A stretch of DNA of 64,000 nt from Eledone cirrhosa (Eukaryota), in NCBI GenBank assembly GCA_964016885.1, contig OZ024741.1, forward strand, positions 204,600,001-204,664,000, written 5' to 3'. Under the pieces are notes generated by a model. It was given only the letters and a program-made list of their open reading frames with translations, was not told where the DNA came from and made no database searches. Numbering within the stretch: the first letter of the stretch is position 1; every line of letters starts with the position of its first letter. Position numbers and translations under genes: made by a program. Below are positions 63,189 through 64,000 of the stretch, piece after piece.

Positions 63189-63333
63189 ATTTACTTTTAG
63201 ATAATTATTCTAATCATTTTTGTTTTCTTTCTCTTTATTCTCTATTCAGTCTTCAGAAAGTGCTGATATACTCAAACATCCTTCAGATTTGAAAGATGCT
63301 ATACTTTTTTCTTTTAAATCCAAATCTAAGAAG
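3972..63333 (+). CDS. VPS13: VPS13 (VPS13A/C-like) intermembrane lipid transfer protein, partial: 27 internal exons covering the central RBG region into the VAB/SHR-BD repeats
   Basis: All 27 exons have AG/GT boundaries and matching phases, giving about 1190 codons with no stop. VPS13-type motifs: APVILVPQHSESPNILLVDLGNL, KVEGGVGQRTVPLL, YYNEKLAVWEPLLEP, APYIIENRTG, PTVIIHNLLP, YSPYWMINKTG. Confidence 0.93.
4944..5111 (+). CDS. VPS13: VPS13 exon 2 (ILSIKGSEVL...FLNKFVNQLL), phase 0-0
   Basis: ttttcag|ATC...TTG|gtaagt; 168 nt. Confidence 0.92.
5582..6106 (-). mobile_element. Probable non-autonomous Helitron
   Basis: Plus strand a|ctag followed by ccacccgacgggtgg hairpin; far end ctttattatattatga|t reads A|TC on minus; same layout as 1417-1759. 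Confidence 0.5.
6321..6370 (-). ncRNA. Degenerate minimal type I hammerhead ribozyme motif
   Basis: Minus strand: gctttc CTGATGA t-ttc-cttc-gaa-t GAAA c-agttcta-GTC ccgtagaagc; stems I and III weak. Confidence 0.4.
7066..7184 (+). ncRNA. Type I hammerhead ribozyme motif with long stem II (Penelope pLTR / retrozyme type)
   Basis: Stem I tctc/gaga; CTGATGA 7070-7076; stem II atgcagat/atctgtat plus atgcca/tggcat; GAAA 7169-7172; palindromic stem III acaattgt; cleavage triplet GUU ending at 7180. Confidence 0.65.
7943..8250 (+). CDS. VPS13: VPS13 exon 3 (GFLNQFQAAK...APVILVPQ...LLVDLGNL...LKMS), phase 0-2
   Basis: tctag|GGT...CAG|gtttgt; RBG-type APVILVP and DLG motifs. Confidence 0.93.
9090..9580 (+). 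mobile_element. 3' fragment of an R4/Dong-like non-LTR retrotransposon (restriction-like endonuclease)
   Basis: WYRHTPEKVLESDKATVLWDMPIHTDKEIKANQPDI...LIDVSIP...EKLSKYKDLAIE...IIIGALG, frameshifted; AAT-rich tail. Confidence 0.75.
9580..11045 (-). mobile_element. Cluster of about 7 full or partial tRNA-derived SINE copies (family A), all antisense
   Basis: Repeated actggtactttattttatcgacccc...ggatgaaaggcaaagttaacctcggcgggatttgaactc; B box GAGTTCAAATCCC on minus; (ATT)n tails. Confidence 0.85.
11360..11510 (+). CDS. VPS13: VPS13 exon 4 (AMLNEQ...NRNLSAGWYH...YALA), phase 2-0
   Basis: tctcag|G...GCT|gtaagt. Confidence 0.92.
12479..12581 (+). CDS. VPS13: VPS13 exon 5 (LCLSQYDYGIIMAILSENFSEG...), phase 0-1
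   Basis: tttcag|CTT...G|gtaaat; phase matches the next exon. Confidence 0.88.
12886..13092. mobile_element. TTAA-flanked MITE (piggyBac-like termini)
   Basis: ttaa|ctctttagcattta...taaatgctaaaggg|ttaa; inverted sister copy at 33290-33819 and a partial copy near 14660. Confidence 0.75.
14436..14575 (+). CDS. VPS13: VPS13 exon 6 (KVTAKPVVEK...LSATLYMGTEEV), phase 1-0
   Basis: tttgtag|AA...GTG|gtatgt. Confidence 0.85.
15378..15556 (+). mobile_element. SINE family A copy with an 18-bp target-site duplication
   Basis: attattatggtcatttgc on both sides (15360-15377 and 15556-15573); A box tggcagtatcggt, B box gagttcaaatccc. Confidence 0.88.
15633..15811 (+). CDS. VPS13: VPS13 exon 7 (PSDAEVV...ILDDSRP...), phase 0-2
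   Basis: tttcag|CCA...AG|gtatgc; LDDSRP motif. Confidence 0.9.
16043..16215. mobile_element. hAT (Buster/Charlie-type) MITE
   Basis: TIR caggcatttcaaac / gtttgacatgcctg; 8-bp TSD cactaatg with central TA; cggcccac subterminal motif. Confidence 0.85.
16225..17085 (+). mobile_element. Highly decayed RTE-like LINE RT fragment
   Basis: PSIDEIAMAISKL..GKVPG..GICAE, IPKDWKDAIMLPLYKGKG, LVPTLF; many disruptions. Confidence 0.7.
17286..17380 (+). CDS. VPS13: VPS13 exon 8 (MIQRYCES...SADKD), phase 2-1
   Basis: tgacag|A...G|gtaagt. Confidence 0.88.
18400..19335 (+). mobile_element. RTE LINE fragment: APE endonuclease C-terminus and linker
   Basis: IILAGNFNGYVG, RNEEGVKLLQFCDANELTMCNTNF, QIDF, ECVAQHRLVTCD, WWWN. 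Confidence 0.78.
19545..19688 (+). CDS. VPS13: VPS13 exon 9 (NIKVGNLHICVCLDFLMTLGNFF...), phase 1-1
   Basis: tttcag|TC...T|gtaagt. Confidence 0.9.
19880..20098 (+). mobile_element. SINE family A-related copy
   Basis: ggcggtagattggtagagtc...caactttgcctttcatc...gtcgataaaataaagtac...tagaaac. Confidence 0.7.
20135..20585 (-). mobile_element. Possible solo LTR
   Basis: Termini TGTTAG...CTAACA; TATA-like atataaata on minus near 20435; flanks ttat/ttaa only partly match as a TSD. Confidence 0.4.
20700..21640 (+). mobile_element. Decayed Vingi/Ingi-like LINE 3' fragment
   Basis: YGYADD, ALALVYNAADYA, LRLITGCLHPTPTEYLPVLSGIVP, CCHC remnant; ends catatgcaagaagaagaa. Confidence 0.65.
22190..22745 (-). 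mobile_element. CRE-clade non-LTR retrotransposon 3' fragment (RLE domain)
   Basis: Minus strand: PDRLTLVPW..G...TWDATVSDT, FQPVAFKTFGG...AAWLFQ..SL.I...NAA; sister copy at 61500-62640. Confidence 0.7.
23002..23135 (+). CDS. VPS13: VPS13 exon 10 (IVVTTPA...PEIVLIED...DALVLH), phase 1-0
   Basis: tttag|CT...CAT|gtaagt; PEIVLIED motif. Confidence 0.9.
23178..23520 (+). mobile_element. tRNA-derived SINE family B head joined to an RTE-type 3' tail
   Basis: A box tggcttagtagtt, B box gagttcaattc, ccttgagcaagacactt core, then aggaagggcatccagc...tgatgat tail. Confidence 0.75.
23601..23714 (+). CDS. VPS13: VPS13 exon 11 (SNIDFKM...SGIQ), phase 0-0
   Basis: ttttag|TCT...CAG|gtaaag. Confidence 0.88.
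24039..24448 (+). mobile_element. Tandem of three partial or full SINE family A copies
   Basis: Three ends of type aattgctggccttgtgccaaaagtagaaacaattatttag. Confidence 0.85.
26031..26183 (+). CDS. VPS13: VPS13 exon 12 (ILNNCEINF...ISPATIRT...AQP), phase 0-0
   Basis: ttttag|ATC...CCG|gtaact. Confidence 0.9.
26798..26891 (+). CDS. VPS13: VPS13 exon 13 (AEDDEK...NLWNVKP...LWYLKT), phase 0-1
   Basis: tcctag|GCT...G|gtaagt. Confidence 0.9.
27293..27600 (+). mobile_element. tRNA-derived SINE family B copy with a different tail
   Basis: tggctttgtggtta, gagttcgattccc, tccttgagcaaga, gtccactcagctggcaaaaatgag. Confidence 0.72.
27829..27905 (+). CDS. VPS13: VPS13 exon 14 (SDDKLAAE...RREQ), phase 1-0
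   Basis: ttatag|TT...CAA|gtaagt. Confidence 0.86.
28400..30258 (+). mobile_element. 5'-truncated RTE LINE (RT, PHD-like finger, 3' UTR, (TGA)n tail), preceded by a SINE B head at 28280-28400
   Basis: QFGFVSGKSTTDA, AFVDLAKAFDRV, GVHQGSILSP, LLYADDL, RRLRWYGHVMR, GRPRK; several frameshifts. Confidence 0.92.
30455..30650 (+). mobile_element. SINE family A copy inserted after (TTA)n
   Basis: gagttcaaatcccgctgaggttaacttagcctttcat...aatagaaacaattg. Confidence 0.8.
30935..32880 (+). mobile_element. Decayed, internally deleted RTE-like LINE (second family): endonuclease plus RT C-terminus
   Basis: GVGIL, ILMGDFNEH, SDHRLVIC, PWFN, QVEKFKYLG, RPRGRP; its 3' end is shared with about 17970-18135 and 55900-56110. 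Confidence 0.72.
33290..33819. mobile_element. TTAA-flanked MITE with a nested RTE 3' UTR insertion (about 33477-33797)
   Basis: ttaa|ccctttagcattta...taaatgctaaaggg|ttaa; reverse-complement relative of 12886-13092. Confidence 0.8.
34054..34173 (+). CDS. VPS13: VPS13 exon 15 (LLMNIPKLVIKVEGGVGQRTVPLL...KDWSSK), phase 0-0
   Basis: atttag|CTA...AAG|gtaata. Confidence 0.93.
34400..35987 (+). mobile_element. 5'-truncated RTE LINE with uninterrupted C-terminal ORF and tandemly expanded 3' UTR
   Basis: Open frame KTKVL...WPCSVC...FRYLGD...RRLRWYGHV...GRPRKTW to 35255; (TGA)n tail; preceded by a TA/TG microsatellite. Confidence 0.92.
35424..35879 (+). repeat. Tandem repeat, 4 x 112 bp, within the RTE 3' UTR
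   Basis: acagtcc starts at 35424, 35537, 35649, 35761 and 35873; units nearly identical. Confidence 0.93.
36740..36865 (+). CDS. VPS13: VPS13 exon 16 (MAVTSTLSLEVAYYNEKLAVWEPLLEP...), phase 0-0
   Basis: cacag|ATG...GAG|gttagt; WEPLLEP signature. Confidence 0.95.
36891..36985 (+). repeat. (CTTTTT)n hexanucleotide microsatellite
   Basis: About 15 near-perfect units just after exon 16. Confidence 0.9.
37243..37364. repeat. Long inverted repeat (58-bp arms, 6-nt loop) containing the 3' half of a hammerhead
   Basis: 37243-37300 is the reverse complement of 37307-37364 with 2 mismatches; contains GAAAC-GGC...GCC-GTC. Confidence 0.9.
37393..37529. repeat. Long inverted repeat (68-bp arms, 1-nt loop) centred on a hammerhead-like core
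   Basis: 37393-37460 vs 37462-37529; minus strand reads CTGAAGA t-ccc-gttaa-ggg-t GAAA gca...tgct. Confidence 0.9.
39233..39382 (+). CDS. VPS13: VPS13 exon 17 (VTTNDEG...LTNLGR), phase 0-0
   Basis: ttacag|GTC...AGG|gtaaaa. Confidence 0.9.
39676..39798 (+). CDS. VPS13: VPS13 exon 18 (AFGDAY...APYIIENRTG...NIFF), phase 0-0
   Basis: ctccag|GCA...TTT|gtaagt; motif at the start of the VAB repeats. Confidence 0.93.
40437..40552 (-). ncRNA. Degraded long-stem-II hammerhead in the Penelope pLTR; the + strand copy at about 44582-44686 has its core deleted
   Basis: Minus strand: cgcact CTGATG-ta ttgactggt...accagatcaac GAAA caatt GTC agcactgtg. Confidence 0.55.
41098..43105 (+). pseudogene. Frameshifted Penelope-like RT plus GIY-YIG endonuclease ORF
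   Basis: ORF pieces 41155-41808, 42667-42903 and 42818-43081 join by frameshifts. Confidence 0.85.
43258..43611. repeat. Fold-back inverted duplication interrupting a SINE 5' end
   Basis: 43457-43611 is the reverse complement of 43258-43453 with two internal deletions; loop ata. Confidence 0.88.
43612..43778 (+). mobile_element. SINE family A body (head at 43438-43453)
   Basis: cggacgccatgcttt...gagttcaaatcccgccgagg...agtagaaataattatt. Confidence 0.85.
45120..45535 (-). mobile_element. Degraded RTE LINE C-terminal fragment
   Basis: Minus strand FSLKMKGRLYD..V.TAMLH.SE; catccatcgaagcatgcaagcttc similar to other RTE copies. Confidence 0.65.
45914..46230. mobile_element. hAT (Buster/Charlie-type) MITE inserted into a SINE
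   Basis: Perfect 14-bp TIR taggggtgtgcaac / gttgcacaccccta; 8-bp TSD cattaggg; ggcccgcggg subterminal motif; the SINE resumes after the TSD. Confidence 0.9.
46450..46668 (+). mobile_element. Older SINE family A-related copy
   Basis: ggcagtggtttggcagaatcgttagagcg...caactttgcc...ggccttgagccaaaataagaaa. Confidence 0.7.
46927..47073 (+). CDS. VPS13: VPS13 exon 19 (MPADADSG...MLFQ), phase 0-0
   Basis: ttttag|ATG...CAG|gtaggt. Confidence 0.87.
47938..49225 (-). mobile_element. 5'-truncated RTE LINE, antisense, nested in an older + strand RTE fragment (47850-47937 and 49226-49443)
   Basis: Minus-strand ORFs 48950-49303 and 48309-48707 closely match the copies at 28400 and 34400; the host frame WYGHV...WVKKCQEI is split by the insertion. 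Confidence 0.9.
49474..49635 (+). CDS. VPS13: VPS13 exon 20 (VEKFGA...KHITLQSIIQ), phase 0-0
   Basis: tttcag|GTG...CAG|gtaagc. Confidence 0.91.
50245..50854. mobile_element. Unclassified non-autonomous element with 94-bp inverted repeats, an internal direct repeat and 33-bp subrepeats
   Basis: IR 50287-50380 / 50761-50854; DR 50245-50321 / 50680-50758; (TA)n on both flanks. Confidence 0.55.
50968..51126 (+). repeat. Polypyrimidine (TTC/TTTTC)n and (TTA)n tract
   Basis: Low-complexity runs seen directly. Confidence 0.8.
51282..51439 (+). CDS. VPS13: VPS13 exon 21 (VHNHLSVPIDIF...HMPL...YFSP), phase 0-2
   Basis: acttag|GTA...CA|gtaagt. Confidence 0.91.
51620..51857 (-). mobile_element. RTE LINE 3' terminal fragment
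   Basis: MKDDCWVKKCQEIPVEGRRSRRRPQKSW...DRDEWR; (TCA)n tail on plus. Confidence 0.78.
53373..53725 (-). mobile_element. Antisense SINE family A copy (53373-53562) next to an antisense RTE 3' UTR fragment (53575-53725)
   Basis: Same diagnostic strings as the other copies, in reverse complement. Confidence 0.82.
54683..54788 (+). CDS. VPS13: VPS13 exon 22 (YSSSEEPINW...YFMN), phase 2-0
   Basis: taccag|A...AAT|gtgagt. Confidence 0.9.
54860..56112 (+). mobile_element. Decayed RTE-like LINE RT and C-terminus (second family)
   Basis: CGFRPGCSTANQI, QVENFKYL, IERSQLRYY, RRPRGKPRTR. Confidence 0.78.
56779..56913 (+). CDS. VPS13: VPS13 exon 23 (VCPEIED...LWPTVIIHNLLP...LE), phase 0-0
   Basis: atttag|GTT...GAG|gtaaga; NLLP VAB repeat motif. 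Confidence 0.93.
57157..57243 (+). CDS. VPS13: VPS13 exon 24 (NTSEDLELKSGE...LQVR), phase 0-0
   Basis: ttgcag|AAC...AGA|gtaagt. Confidence 0.88.
57408..57515 (+). CDS. VPS13: VPS13 exon 25 (IPNYQGCEWTG...DLVL), phase 0-0
   Basis: ctttag|ATT...CTT|gtaagt. Confidence 0.89.
58643..58744 (+). CDS. VPS13: VPS13 exon 26 (EMGLHNK...YSPYWMINKTG...YK), phase 0-0
   Basis: ttgcag|GAG...AAA|gtaagt; YSPYWMINKTG SHR-BD/VAB motif. Confidence 0.95.
61500..62640 (-). mobile_element. CRE-clade non-LTR retrotransposon fragment
   Basis: 61500-62060 aligns by eye to 22190-22745 (aagtgcatcaatcagtcacacgccacaagggtcaa; tctggtctcttcccatcaa) and extends further upstream. Confidence 0.68.
63250..63333 (+). CDS. VPS13: VPS13 exon 27 (SSESADILKHP...ILFSFKSKSKK), phase 0-0
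   Basis: attcag|TCT...AAG|gtaagg; LFSF motif expected after the INKTG repeat. Confidence 0.87.
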
Positions 63334-63627
63334 GTAAGGTAGATTTCAAACCTATATAATTATTGTTAATTTTCAACTAATGAAATTCATATTTGACATA
63401 TTGTACTAATTGGCTAACAACATTTATTTCTTTACCTTAATACAAATGGTTATTGAACAAAACTTTTCAGTATTTTTCTAAAGAATTACAAATGAACTTA
63501 CAAGTCTTCTCTGAATAGACAAGTTTTTTGTAGTATATTTACATTTCATCATATAATTTCAATCTTTGCTGCAAATATTCAGTTTGATAAATAAAAAAGA
63601 AGGAATAATTAACAATTATTTTCTCAA

Positions 63628-63680
<53 letters not shown>

Positions 63681-64000
63681 TAGTGGTTGATATTTTTTTC
63701 AGTGTAAATCCTTTGTTTTTATTTAGTAGACTTGCAAGTAATTTGTTCACAAAATCTGTACTAATTTAGTTTTCTATACAAATAAGTTGGCATGTAATCA
63801 TTCTCTAGATGTTGCTCTTATAGCTGTCAGTCAAGAATTTTCTATGATATCTGTTTTACATTGCCTAGATGTATTTATTCTGTAGTTTCATTCATCACCA
63901 CCAATCAAATTTGAAATATGCAGTTTTCAAGAAATCTTTAAAGTTAAATTCTAAAAATGTTCTCTTTTTTTCAATGGAAAGAAAAAAGAAAACAAATTCT

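Noticed and set aside
63250-63256. Alternative acceptor at tcttcag (63256)
   Set aside because: A 7-nt shift would break the frame; the upstream AG keeps it.

Overview
AT-rich animal genomic DNA. The repeat repertoire suggests an octopod cephalopod (inference, not a database match). The window lies inside one large + strand gene, a VPS13 (VPS13A/C-like) lipid-transfer protein. I traced 27 internal GT-AG exons from 3972 to 63333 (3572 nt, about 1190 codons) that splice into one open frame with consistent phases; start and stop codons lie outside the window. The introns are packed with decayed or truncated mobile DNA: a hATm-type DNA transposon with a nested Helitron, Buster-type hAT MITEs with 8-bp TSDs, TTAA-flanked MITEs, RTE LINEs with a PHD-like finger inside the RT region, R4/Dong-, CRE- and Vingi-like LINE fragments, two tRNA-derived SINE families, and a Naiad-type Penelope-like element with an inverted pseudo-LTR. 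The most unusual signals are: hammerhead-ribozyme motifs, including a near-complete sense-strand one with a long stem II; two adjacent 58-68 bp-arm hairpins whose axes fall on hammerhead cores; a templated fold-back insertion inside a SINE; and inverted LINE copies bracketing a 546-nt, phase-0, stop-free exon block that could form a circRNA. No prokaryotic features, rRNA, intact tRNA or CRISPR array were found.
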